Source: Macrostomum lignano
Taxonomy: Eukaryota
Assembly (NCBI GenBank): GCA_002269645.1
Contig: NIVC01001503.1
Location: 1-64,000, forward strand
Direction of reading: 5' to 3'
Length of the DNA stretch: 64,000 nucleotides
Shown here piece after piece: positions 35,854-47,490 of this stretch (positions are counted from its first letter, which is position 1; every line of letters begins with the position of its first letter). The translations under genes were made by a program, and so were the position numbers. The notes beneath the pieces were generated by a model. The model was not told the origin of the DNA. It searched no databases and saw only the letters and a list, made by a program, of their open reading frames with translations.

Positions 35854-36857
35854 CGTCACTAATTTTGTTGACAACAGTCTTCTCTTTGTAGTCTTCTTTG
35901 CGAGCAATCTTTGCAGATTTTACTGCAACTGACTTCCATAGTTTTTCCATCATTTTCACTTCTCTGCTCCCTTTGTGAACTGCATATCTGGCGATTGCTT
36001 CTAATCTACCTGTTTTTATTGCCGCAAATACACGCTCGTAGTTCACAGTATCTCTCCCACTATTTATGAATTGCAGCTGTGCATTGCGACCGGGCTCCCC
36101 CGCCGTCCCCCCTGCTCTGTAGCCAGCCAACCTCCGCCAGCTAGTCAGCCTATCACCGCTTAAGAGTCCCCCCAAGGATTCCCCTCAACCCCCTGGGCAA
36201 TAGCGAACAACCTCTGGTAATCGAGAGAAGAGTTCAAAGCAGGAGAGACACCGTTGAGTCAAAATACTTTTGAGCAGCATTTTATGGAAGCTGTCAAGTT
36301 CGGTGAGGCTTTTTTATATTTCAATTGTCAATTCCTCTGCGTTAAAAATGTATAAATATTCGCTAGAGGGCTGTGGGCACCCCGGCGCGACATCATTCCA
36401 CAACTCAGCGCTGAGGCCATGCTGCCCATTCCGCCAACTCCCTGAGCATGAGCACATTCAAGCACGCCGATGCTTTACGCAGTACACACGCTTACACAGC
36501 GACCCTTACTTACTTTTCTAATCTTGAGATGTACACCCTCTGTGCCTTGGGGGTTGGCCCTCGTGGCTGTTGAATCCTCTGGAAAAATTTTGTGCGCGTT
36601 TCAGACGCTTTTATCGCTGAGCTGCTTTGCCCCCTAATTGCAGCATTTTAAGGTTATTGCAGGTTATCTCAACTCAGCGGTAAAGCGTCTGGCTCCTCGA
36701 CCCGGGAAATTTATAAATCACGCATGCAAGGACGAGGGCCGACCCCAAGGCGCAGAGGGTGTACATGTCGGGGGCGCTGTACACCCTGTGTGCATGCTCA
36801 GTGATCAGCGTGCTGAAAGGGCCTGACATGACTGCTTGTTCTTTAATTAATAATTCA

Positions 36858-37140
36858 AAAATTGATTACACCTGCCCCGATTGGGCCAGATGTGCAACTA
36901 ACAACTCAAACGCGGCTAGTACCGCGGCTGTTCATTCCAAAGACTTTAAGGTCACCACACCACCACACACCTCAATTACCCCAGCTAATGCTGGCGCCCA
37001 TTTTACAGCTGGGTGAACTGAAGCAATGCAGAGTTGAATGTCTTGCTCAAGGACACAAATTGTTTCAGTGGGAATCGGGAATCGAACCCTCGACGTTCAA
37101 GTCGTGAGTCCGACGCTCTAACCACTAGGCCACCACAACC
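36858..37140 (-). mobile_element. CORE-type SINE copy whose 5' end runs into a minisatellite
   Basis: Reverse complement of the full SINE. It ends ...ctctaaccactaggccaccacaacc. Confidence 0.85.
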
Positions 37141-37493
37141 CCCTACTAGGCCACAACCCTCCTACTATACCACAGCCCTCCTACTAGGCCACAACCCTCC
37201 TACTATACCACAGCCCTCCTACTAGGCCACAACCCCCTACTAGGCCACAAACCCCTACTAGGCCACAACCCCTACTAGGCCACAACCCCCTACTAGGCCA
37301 CAACCCTCCTACTATACCACAGCCCTCCTACTAGGCCACAACCCCCTACTAGGCCACAAACCCCTACTAGGCCACAACCCCCTACTAGGCCACAACCCCC
37401 TACTAGGCCACAAACCCCTACTAGGCCACAACCCCCTTACTAGGCCACAACCCCCTACTAGGCCACAACCCCCTACTAGGCCACAACCCCCTA

Positions 37494-38803
37494 CGAGGGT
37501 CACTCAGAAAGTTCTTAGCCTGAACACGAAAACAGCAACAAATGAACTAAAAAACGACTACAAGTGCTCAAAATACTCTCCACCGGCATTGATACAGGCT
37601 TGCATCCTGTGAAACCAGCTGTCGAAGCAATGCCGCCAATCCTCATCCCGGAGCTCCTCGATGATGTTTTTGAACTCATTCACAGCTTCTTCCGGTGAAG
37701 AAAAGACCTGGCCCTTCAGAATCTCCTTGCACTTCGGAAACAGAAAAAAGTCGCACGGTGCCAGGTCTGGACTGTAAGCAGGGTGAGTCATCAGCTGGAC
37801 CCCACAGTCAGCCAGAAACTCCAGAGTTTGAGCCGCCGTGTGCGCGCTGGCGTTGTCGTGGTGCAGAAGCACCCCACGCATTCCGCACCTTGGGCGCCTC
37901 TGGCTCACAGCAGAAAAGACCTTGGGCAGGCAAACCGTTGTGTACCAGTCAGCGGTGACTGTCTGGCGATCTTCAAGTGAAACGGAAGCCACATGCCCAG
38001 TGCGCATGAAGAAACAGGCCACCATCTGCTTGCCGACACTCCGGCTGCGTCGAAACTTTGTGGGGCTGTCCTCGTCTCCAAAGGTCCACATGGCTGACTG
38101 GCGCTTGCTTTCGGGGTCGTATTGATAAATCCAGGTCTCATCGCCCGTGAGGATGTCCCAGATACGCCGGCTGGTCCCGGATTCGAATTTCTGCAGCATG
38201 AATCGGCACCAAGCCACCCTGGTGTCCTTCTGCACGTCCGACAGCTGATGGGGGATCCACCGGGAAGCCAGCTTCCGCACTCCAAGGTGTTCGTGCATAA
38301 TGGCGTGCACACTCCCCGATCCAATACCGATCTCCTGCTGGATCTGCTGGTAGGTCACTCGCCGGTCAGCGGCAATCATGCTGGACACAGCGCAGATATT
38401 TTCTGAAGTCACTGCGTCACAGGGTCTCCCGGATCGATGTTCATCTTCGAGGCTTTCTCGACCTCGGCGAAACTCAGCGAACCAGTTTTTGACGGTTGCG
38501 TATGAAGGACATACATGGGTGAAAACGTTCTGTAAAGTTTGATACGATTCGGTCGGCGACTTGCCTTGCTTGAAGTGCAGGTACATCATTGCTCTGAAGT
38601 CGCGATTTTCCAGCTTCATTGTTGAATTGAAGAACTCAGGGGGTGAACTGACTTTAACTCGCTGCAGTGGACTCAAAAGTGGCTGCTTCTGTTTGAAATT
38701 TTTGCTGCGATACTTTTAAAAGTTGGTCTTTACCATAGACAAATTTCATGCTTCTACGTCTCGTGGATCCTACTCAGGCTAAAGACTTTCTGAGTGACCC
38801 TCG
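37494..38803 (-). mobile_element. Full-length mariner transposon (1310 bp)
   Basis: 30-bp TIRs cgagggtcactcagaaagttcttagcctga (28/30 identical). TA duplication at 37492-37493 and 38804-38805. Intact transposase. Confidence 0.97.
37558..38619 (-). CDS. Mariner transposase, 353 aa, D,D34D
   Basis: N-terminal HTH region, WIPHQL, TGDETW, HHDNA, and YSPDLAPCD with 34 residues between the 2nd and 3rd catalytic D. No stops or frameshifts. Confidence 0.95.
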   Translation of the reverse strand: MKLENRDFRAMMYLHFKQGKSPTESYQTLQNVFTHVCPSYATVKNWFAEFRRGRESLEDEHRSGRPCDAVTSENICAVSSMIAADRRVTYQQIQQEIGIGSGSVHAIMHEHLGVRKLASRWIPHQLSDVQKDTRVAWCRFMLQKFESGTSRRIWDILTGDETWIYQYDPESKRQSAMWTFGDEDSPTKFRRSRSVGKQMVACFFMRTGHVASVSLEDRQTVTADWYTTVCLPKVFSAVSQRRPRCGMRGVLLHHDNASAHTAAQTLEFLADCGVQLMTHPAYSPDLAPCDFFLFPKCKEILKGQVFSSPEEAVNEFKNIIEELRDEDWRHCFDSWFHRMQACINAGGEYFEHL

Positions 38804-39125
38804 TACTAGGCCACAAACCCCTACTAGGCCACAACCCCCTTACTAGGCCACAACCCCCTTACTAGACCACAGCCCTCCTACTAGGCCACAACCCTCCTAC
38901 TATACCACAGCCCTCCTACTAGGCCACAACCCTCCTACTATACCACAGCCCTCCTACTAGGCCACAAACCCCTACTAGGCCACAACCCCCTTACTAGGCC
39001 ACAACCCCCTACTAGGCCACAACTCCCTACTACTCGTACGCCTTGCCCAGGCTAAATACAATAATTGTATTAGAAATTTGCCTCCCGTCACCGCAGCGGA
39101 ACTGAAGCGCGAACAGCCCGACCAC

Positions 39126-42100
39126 ATGGATCACACAAATGAGCCACCAAGCAAACGACAATACGCCGGAAGCGGAGCGCGCAACGAAATGCGCTTTTTA
39201 ATCCCGTCTAAGGTAAATCACGTGATCAATACGCACTGATCTATTAGTGTAGAATAATTCATGTGCTCACTGTCTCATTCTGATTGCAGATGGCTGGCGT
39301 TATCATTGGCAAAGGCGGAGCCAACATCAAGCGTTTACGCGAAGAGGTGAGCACATCGAATACTTTGCCATGTATATATTTTTAAATTAATGTTTAGTCA
39401 GCAGTTTGCTATTAATATCACGCTTGTTTTATTTTCTATACTTAATAATACTATAGTACCATTATTGTTTTACTAATTTCGTATTGAAAAGTCTACAAAT
39501 ATGCTAGTCGTACATTGTGCACGAATTCATTTTATAATACTGACAGTAATAGAACTATATTATTAACAGCTAGATCAAATATCCAAAGTTACCAGTCGAA
39601 AACTTACAAAATCCAAAAAGTACGTAGAGAACCCGCTGTACAGATCCCACCCCCACTCTACTCTCTTTTCCCTTTCCAGTTCTCTGCCAAAGTGTCCGTA
39701 CCCGATTCCAATGGCCCCGAACGGTACTGATGAAGTCGCTGATAATTTCCCTGTTATTGTTGCGTAATATTTGTATGTTTTTCAAACTGACGCGTTCCTG
39801 AAAATTTGCTTTTTTAATCTTCCTGATAAGGCTGTTTATTTTCAATCCACATCATTCGTACTTTTTAATTGTCTTTTCAATAAAACCATTACTAATCCAC
39901 AGTGCTTCGGATCTAGATTGGCATTTGACTGTCAGTGTCTCGGATCTAGATTGGCATTTGACTGTCAGTGTCTCGGATGTAGATTGGCATTTGACTGTCA
40001 GTGTCTCGGATCTAGATTGGCATTTGACTGTCAGTGTCTCGGATGTAGATTGGCATTTGACTGTCAGTGTCTCGGATCTAGATTGGCATTTGACTGTCAG
40101 TGTCTCGGATCTAGATTGGCATTTGACTGTCAGTGTCTCGGATCTAGATTGGCATTTGACTGTCAGTGTCTTGGATGTAGATTGGCATTTGACTGTCAGT
40201 GTCTCGGATGTAGATTGGCATTTGACTGTCAGTGTCTCGGATGTAGATTGGTATTTGACTGTCAGTGTCTCGGATGTAGATTGGCATTTGAGTGTCAGTG
40301 TCTCGGATCTAGATTGGCATTTGAGTGTCAGTGTCTCGGATCTAGATTGGCATTTGACTGTCAGTGTCTCTGATTTAGATTGCCATTTGACTGTCAGTGT
40401 CTTGGATGTAGATTGGCATTTGACTGTCAGTGTCTCGGATCTAGATTGGCATTTGACTGTCTGTGTCTCTGATGTAGATTGGCATTTGACTGTCAGTGTC
40501 TCGGATGTAGATTGGCATTTGACTGTCAGTGTCTCGGATGTAGATTGGTATTTGACTGTCAGTGTCTCGGATGTAGATTGGCATTTGACTGTCAGTGTCT
40601 CGGATGTAGATTGGCATTTGACTGTCAGTGTCTCGGATGTAGATTGGTATTTGACTGTCAGTGTCTCGGATGTAGATTGGCATTTGACTGTCAGTGTCTC
40701 TGATGTAGATTGGCATTTGACTGTCAGTGTCTCTGATGTAGATTGGCATTTGACTGTCAGTGTCTTGGATGTAGATTGGCATTTGAGTGTCAGTGTCTCG
40801 GATCTAGATTGGCATTTGACTGTCAGTGTCTCGGATGTAGATTGGCATTTGACTGTCAGTGTCTCTGATGTAGATTGGCATTTGACTGTCAGTGTCTTGG
40901 ATGTAGATTGGCATTTGAGTGTCAGTGTCTCGGATCTAGATTGGCATTTGACTGTCTGTGTCTCTGATGTAGATTGGCATTTGACTGTCAGTGTCTCGGA
41001 TCTAGATTGGCATTTGACTGTCAGTGTCTCGGATGTAGATTGGCATTTGACTGTCAGTGTCTCGGATCTAGATTGGCATTTGACTGTCAGTGTCTCAGAT
41101 CTAGATTGGCATTTGACTGTCAGTGTCTCTGATGTAGATTGGCATTTGACTGTCAGTGTCTCAGATCTAGATTGGCATTTGACTGTCAGTGTCTCTGATG
41201 TAGATTGGCATTTGACTGTCAGTGTCTCAGATCTAGATTGGCATTTGACTGTCAGTGTCTCAGATCTAGATTGGCATTTGACTGTCAGTGTCTCGGATCT
41301 AGATTGGCATTTGACTGTCAGTGTCTCGGATCTAGATTGCCATTTGAGTGTCAGTGTCTCGGATCTAGATTAGCATTTGACTGTCTCGGATCTAGATTGG
41401 CATTTGACTGTCAGTGTCTCGGATGTAGATTGGCATTTGACTGTCAGTGTCTCGGATCTAGATTGGCATTTGACTGTCAGTGTATCTTTTAGAGGAACCT
41501 AACATTTAGTATGTAGTAAATAAAAAGCTGCTTGTATGTTACTGTATTGTTGTTAGGCATGCTTTAAATAACCATTGACACATCTCATTACTAACAGTAA
41601 TTTAGATGGAATGACAGGTTTCTGATTAGTGTAAAGCTTTTGAAACCGAATTCAAGAATTTATGTTGCGTTATTGGTTGAGAGAAAGTTTCTGATGAAAT
41701 CTTAATGGTCAGTTTTTCATCGGTTTGATTTGTTAATATCTGTTCTTGCTATTCTATTAACAGTTGAATTGCAAGGTTCCTCCAACACTCGGAACCTTCG
41801 CATTGGCACTCTGTCAAACAGATGACTTATTTTAATAGAGACGTGAAATAGAAATATTAACCACTTCTCTTTCACGTCACCTACATTCTTACGTCACGTT
41901 TCTTATTTCACGTCACGTCATTCTTACCTGCTGCATTTCTGAGCAGCATATGATGCTAGTATGGGTAGAAATACTACTATTTGAGATGGTAAATAAGCCA
42001 TGTTCTAGTAGAATTACAGTCGTGTCTGACTCAAGTTAGTTTGTGAACTGATTTGAATAGACTAAATGAGATTATTATCTCTATGTTCTTCATCCCCCAA

Positions 42101-44097
42101 GAGTTTAAATATTCCCCAGATTTCACTTTTGCCTATTTTTGTGCAAGATATTTCAGTCTCCAAATTCACAACCCCAAGTTTCACAGTCCCAAATTTCACA
42201 ACTTTAAATGATATTTCTAATTGGGGTTGCAAAAGTTTTGGGGTTTGGGGCAAATCAGGTTTGAGAATTAAAAAAATTAGGAGTCTACAAAAGCATCGTC
42301 TTATCATACTACTTGTTCAACGACTCGTACTACTTACACTCTGTATAATTTTTTGGAAGTCCAGAAGGTCAAAAAGTTGTCAATGAAGCGCTAAAACAAA
42401 CAAATAATTCTGTTCCTCTGATGTATCTTCTGCTTTCGAATATCTAAGTGCCCGTTTTTTATTATTTAAAAACCCGCCATCCAACCCCGCAGAGTTCTGT
42501 GCTTGGAGGGCGAGCAGCCGATGCTGGAATCCCTGCTAGCCGACGTGCTCAACACTATGGTTGTCGAGGGCAACAGCGGCCGCGGCGACCGGGACGGCCT
42601 GGGCACCCAGCAGGGCGCGGTGACCAACACCGGGGATGTGGACCTGCGCCTGCTGGTGCACCAGTCACAGGCCGGCTGCATCATCGGCAAAGGCGGCAGC
42701 AAGATCAAGGAGCTGCGCGAGGAGTCCAAGCTGCGCGCCTTAAAAGTGTATTCGGTTGCTTGTCCAGTGTCCACCGATCGCGTCATTCAGATGATCGGCG
42801 CCCCGGCCGAGCTTCTTGGCGCCGTCCGCATGGTGTCCGAGCTGCTGGAATCGGCGCCGCCTAAAGGCCAAATTGCCGGCTACGATGCGCGCAATTTCGA
42901 CGAATTCGGCGCCGAACAGTACGGCGGCTGGCCCGGCTCCGGCCGCTGGGGCGTCGGCCGGCAAGACCACTCCGTGGCCGCCAGCGCCGTCGGCATGCCC
43001 CCTGGCCCGCCCGGCTATCCGCCTGGCGGCGCTTTGGCCGCCGCGGCCGCCGCTGCTCACATGCGCGGAGGCGTGGCTCCGCCGCCGCCGCAGGCTCGCG
43101 GACTCGGCCCGCCAGTTGGTGTACCCATGGCCGCTGGCGGCGCCGCCGGCGGGATGCCGTACGGTGCTCCGCGCGCTCCACGCGTGCCAGCCGGTCCGGA
43201 GGTGACCCAGCAGGTGTCAATCCCGGACTCACTGACCGGCTCCATCATGGGCCGGGGCGGCCAGCGCATTAAGCAGATCAGGATGGAATCTGGCGCCGAT
43301 ATTAAAATTGATCGGGGCGACCCCGGTCAGGATCGCATTATTACTATTAGGGGCACCCAGGAGCAGATACAGAATGCGCAGTACCTGCTGCAGATGTGGT
43401 GAGTATAGTTTGCATATTTGTTTATGTTACACTCGCGATTCCTTCCCAGGTTTTGATCTGCCAGTTGGCCCTCAGTGTGGAAGACCAGTGATTGTTGCCC
43501 AGACATTTTTTATAACATTATACTCCTCATAGTTTGACACTTTTGGACAACTCTCTCGGTCTTCCGTATTGATTGCCTTCGTTCGACATTTTACTCATAT
43601 TGACTTGTGTGCGCGAGCTCAGTGTCTTTTTATGTGATTCCCCCACACCACATCTGAGTCATTGTGCATGTGTAGACCGCTCTACCCCCACACCCAGTCC
43701 ATCTGAAGACTGCTCTATCCCACACCCAGTCCATCTGAAAACCGCTCTATCCCACACTCTAGTCCATCTAAAGACCGCTCTATCCCACACCTTAGTCCAT
43801 CTGAACACCGCTCTATCCCACACCCTAGTCCATCTGAAGACCGCTCTATCCCACACCCAGTCCATCTGAAGACCGCTCTATCCCACACCATAGTCCATCT
43901 GAAGACTGCTCTATCCCACACCCTAGTCCATCTGTAGACCGCTACCCTAGTCCATCTGAAGACCGCTCTACCCCACACCCTAGTCCATCTGAAGACTGCT
44001 CTATCCCACAGCTTGTTATTTTAGTCAAGCAAATAACCTGAACAAAGTTCCCCCTCGTTAACATTTCAGCGTGAAGAAGTACTCAGGACAGTACTAA
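39126..44097 (+). CDS. HNRNPK: Heterogeneous nuclear ribonucleoprotein K (3 KH domains), 5 exons
   Basis: Exons 39126-39212, 39290-39346, 39680-39723, 42493-43398, 44070-44097 join in frame. KH1 EMRFLIPSK|MAGVIIGKGGANIKRLREE|FSAKVSVPDSNGPER; KH2 AGCIIGKGGSKIKELRE; KH3 GSIMGRGGQRIKQIR...IQNAQYLLQMCVKKYSGQY*. The start codon is tentative. Confidence 0.93.
39907..41483. repeat. Minisatellite, 33 bp unit (gatctagattggcatttgactgtcagtgtctcg), hnRNP K intron 3
   Basis: About 47 units. The 482-aa ORF is the stop-free repeat frame. Confidence 0.97.
43675..44010. repeat. Minisatellite, 33 bp unit (ctagtccatctgaagaccgctctatcccacacc), hnRNP K intron 4
   Basis: About 10 units ending about 60 bp before the acceptor at 44069. 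Confidence 0.93.
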
Positions 44098-44639
44098 TAA
44101 TAATCGGCGCTAGCGCTAATGAAGAAGAACTATCTAAATTCGCCAGCAGCTTCGAAAATGCTTAGCAAACGGATTTGAACAGGTTTTTTTGTATTCAAGT
44201 TAGACTGGACTGTAATAATTCTAAAATAGCGATCAGTATCAAGTGTTTCTAGTGCAAACCGCGGGCTTGTTTTGTTATTATTAATAAATATGCCTAAGGC
44301 CCTTCACCCCCGGGCTTTAAGGCATGCATTTGTCACCTCTTTTCCCATCTATAAATTGGCCTGCTTGTTTTTTATTCTGTTCGCAGGTTGGCTCCGGTGC
44401 GACGGTGTGTGTGTTTGAGGGTAAATTAATAATTAATTAGCTAATGAAAGTAAGTGGATTCGATGCGATGCGGTGAAATTCGGGTCGCTGAATTTAATTG
44501 TCCATCTTTGAGAAAAAGGCACAGCTTTTTGTGTTACTGAATCGATCTCTATTGTGTTGCAGTCTTCTTTCTTTCAACCTGACTAGCTTAGTGCAGTCAT
44601 TTTGCATAGAACTGAGCCTAGAGCCTCATCCAGTATTAC

Positions 44640-45060
44640 CTTCATCAGGATAGTGGCGCCTGTAGGTGGCCTTCATCAGGATAGTGGCGCCTGTAGGTGG
44701 CCTTTATTAGGATAGTGGCGCCTGTAGGTGGCCTTTATTAGGATAGTGGCGCCTGTAGGTGGCCTTTATTAGGATAGTGGCGCCTGTAGGTGGCCTTCAT
44801 CAGGATAGTGGCGCCTGTAGGTGGCCTTTATCAGGATAGTGGCGCCTGTAGGTGGCCTTTATTAGGATAGTGGCGCCTGTAGGTGGCCTTCATCAGGATA
44901 GTGGTGCCTGTAGATTGCCTTTATCAGTATAGTGGCGTCTCTAGATGACATCTATCAGGATAGTGGCGCTTGTAAGTGACATCTTTCAGGATAGCGGCGC
45001 TTGTAAGTGACATCTATCAGGATAGTGGCACCTGTAAGTGACGTTTATCAGGATAGTGGG
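44640..45060. repeat. Minisatellite, 31 bp unit (ttcatcaggatagtggcgcctgtaggtggcc)
   Basis: About 13 units between hnRNP K and APC13, decaying toward the right. Confidence 0.93.
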
Positions 45061-45285
45061 CAGTGGCGCCCGTAAAAAGCATTTATGGGTATTACAAAAA
45101 CGTAATTTAGCAAGATACTGGCGCCTATTGAATGGCTTTATCAAGACAGTCACCTATAAAATGGCCATCATGTCAATAGTGGCAAGCTAATGCTGTATTA
45201 GTGCGCATCAAACAGACAAAAAACTTAGTTTCAGTGTCAATGTTAGAAACAACAGACCCTGGTGTATTTAAATTACTCAACCTTC

Positions 45286-45540
45286 ATGGCCGATCATCAA
45301 TCAGTCCGGCCGGAGGGCCGCATGATCGACCTGGTCGATGCTGATTGGCTGGACGATCGGCTGCCCCGCGAGTCCGTGCCCGTGCTGCCTAGCGAGCTGC
45401 CGGATTTGGATCCGGACTCGCAGGACGAGCAGGAGGCGGCCGACGATAACAAGTGGACAGAGCTGCAGCTGATGCGCATTAGGCGGATTGCCGAGCAGCA
45501 GGTTCGCGGCCATACTGCCGGGCCTGCGCCGCCAAGCTAG
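45286..45540 (+). CDS. ANAPC13: Anaphase-promoting complex subunit 13
   Basis: RPEGRMIDLVDADWLDDRLPRESVPVLPSELPDL...DNKWTELQL parallels APC13 (DGRILDLIDDAW..D.LP.E.V..P..ELP...KWTDL.L) as recalled. 84 aa. Confidence 0.85.
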   Translation: MADHQSVRPEGRMIDLVDADWLDDRLPRESVPVLPSELPDLDPDSQDEQEAADDNKWTELQLMRIRRIAEQQVRGHTAGPAPPS

Positions 45541-45591
45541 AGTCCTTTCGCTTCATTCCGACTCTGTCTAGTGCTTTTGCTAAACTTTATC

Positions 45592-46437
45592 TCATCAGGC
45601 CACTCCCCCCGCTAGCAGTTAGTGACTGCAATATCATCAGGCCACTCCCCCCACTAGCAGTTAGTGACTGCAATATCATCAGGCCACTCCCTCCGCTAGC
45701 AGTTAGTGACTGCAATATCATCAGGCCACTCCCTCCGCTAGCAGTTAGTGACTGCAATATCATCAGGCCACTCCCCCCGCTAGCAGTTAGTGACTGCAAT
45801 ATCATCAGGCCACTCCCTCCGCTAGCAGTTAGTGACTGCAATATCATCAGGCCACTCCCCCCGCTAGCAGTTAGTGACTGCAATATCATCAGGCCACTCC
45901 CCCCGCTAGCAGTTAGTGACTGCAATATCATCAGGCCACTCCCCCCGCTAGCAGTTAGTGACTGCAATATCATCAGGCCACTCCCCCCGCTAGCAGTTAG
46001 TGACTGCAATATCATCAGGCCACTCCCCCCGCTAGCAGTTAGTGACTGCAATATCATCAGGCCACTCCCCCCGCTAGCAGTTAGTGACTGCAATATCATC
46101 AGGCCACTCCCTCCGCTAGCAGTTAGTGACTGCAATATCATCAGGCCACTCCCCCCGCTAGCAGTTAGTGACTGCAATATCATCAGGCCACTCCCCCCGC
46201 TAGCAGTTAGTGACTGCAATATCATCAGGCCACTCCCCCCGCTAGCAGTTAGTGACTGCAATATCATCAGGCCACTCCCTCCGCTAGCAGTTAGTGACTG
46301 CAATATCATCAGGCCACTCCCCCCGCTAGCAGTTAGTGACTGCAATATCATCAGGCCACTCCCCCCGCTAGCAGTTAGTGACTGCAATATCATCAGGCCA
46401 CTCCCCCCGCTAGCAGTTAGTGACTGCAATATCATAA
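45592..46437. repeat. Minisatellite, 42 bp unit (atcatcaggccactccccccgctagcagttagtgactgcaat)
   Basis: About 20 near-identical units starting about 50 bp after the APC13 stop. Confidence 0.97.
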
Positions 46438-46904
46438 AGTTATGGTGCGAATACACGAATTCTCTGGCCCTGACGCAAACAGTTAAGACCCCAAAACCGA
46501 AAGCAATCAAAGTACGTATTTGATTCCTTGAATTCATTCGTTTTTCTGTATTTTCGTGCTTGTCGCTTATGATGAAATGCTGCCAAATTTAATTACCAAA
46601 TACAAAATATTACTTCTTATGACTTCATAATTTGTAAGTAGACGAGAAGTGGCCGGTTGTAGATTGTTGATGCCGAAGGCTAATAGTTGCCGCGCTGTCG
46701 GATAAGTGGCCGAAATTTGGAAATTGGCCACTTGTCCGAACGCCTGCACGCGTTGGCGTGCAGACGGAAACAACTTGGTATTGTTTGCATTAGGCTGCTT
46801 GGGTCGGCTCGGCAGTCAGTTGTCGTAGACACGGAGAGACCCGATTGGAGGGCCAACAGATTGACTCGTGTTCTAAAATGAATTAAAATGCTTCGATTCC
46901 CATT

Positions 46905-47490
46905 GGATTCAGTATCCTCACCCAAGTCTCACCCACTAGATTCGGTATCCTTACCCAAGTCTCACCCACTAGATTCGGTATCCTTACCCAAGTCTCACCC
47001 ATTGTATTCAGTATCCTTACCCAAGTCTCACCCACTAGATTCGGTATCCTTACCCAAGTCTCACCCATTGGATTTAGTATCCTTACCCAAGTCTCACCCA
47101 CTAGATTCGGTATCCTTACCCAAGTCTCACCCACTAGATTCGGTATCCTTACCCAAGTCTCACCCATTGGATTTAGTATCCTTACCCAAGTCTCACCCAC
47201 TAGATTCGGTATCCTTACCCAAGTCTCACCCACTAGATTCGGTATCCTTACCCAAGTCTCACCCATTGTATTCAGTATCCTTACCCAAGTCTCACCCACT
47301 AGATTCGGTATCCTTACCCAAGTCTCACAAATTGGATTCAGTATCCTTACCCAAATCTTACCCACTAGATTCAGTATCCTTACCCAAATCTTACCCACTA
47401 GATTCAGTATCCTTACCCAAATCTTACCCACTAGATTCAGTATCCTTACCCAAGCCTCACAAACTAGATTCAGTATCCTTACCCAAATTT
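46905..47490. repeat. Minisatellite, 33 bp unit (cccaagtctcacccactagattcggtatcctta)
   Basis: About 17 units. Confidence 0.95.

Larger units (their letters stand above)
37130..39030. repeat. Minisatellite, 18-19 bp unit (ctactaggccacaacccc), split by the mariner at 37494-38803
   Basis: The same unit lies at 37130-37493 and 38804-39030. Confidence 0.92.

Noticed and set aside
39925-41373. 482-aa ORF (TVSVSDLDWHL repeats) and similar long ORFs over arrays at 2153-4628, 45587-46537, 46883-47533, 52978-53709 and 59802-60125
   Set aside because: These are stop-free frames of tandem repeats with unit lengths divisible by 3, several inside introns of real genes. There is no unique flanking coding sequence.
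42466-43269. Antisense and alternative-frame ORFs over hnRNP K exon 4 (likewise over Sec24, NF-YB, FAM78 and the mariner)
   Set aside because: These are expected shadows of GC-rich coding sequence.
45540-46437. Possible hammerhead ribozymes (CTGATGA on the minus strand of the 42-bp and 31-bp arrays)
   Set aside because: There is no correctly placed GAAA with a closing stem II in the units. The one CTGATGA...CGAAA at 45545-45597 lacks a pairing stem.
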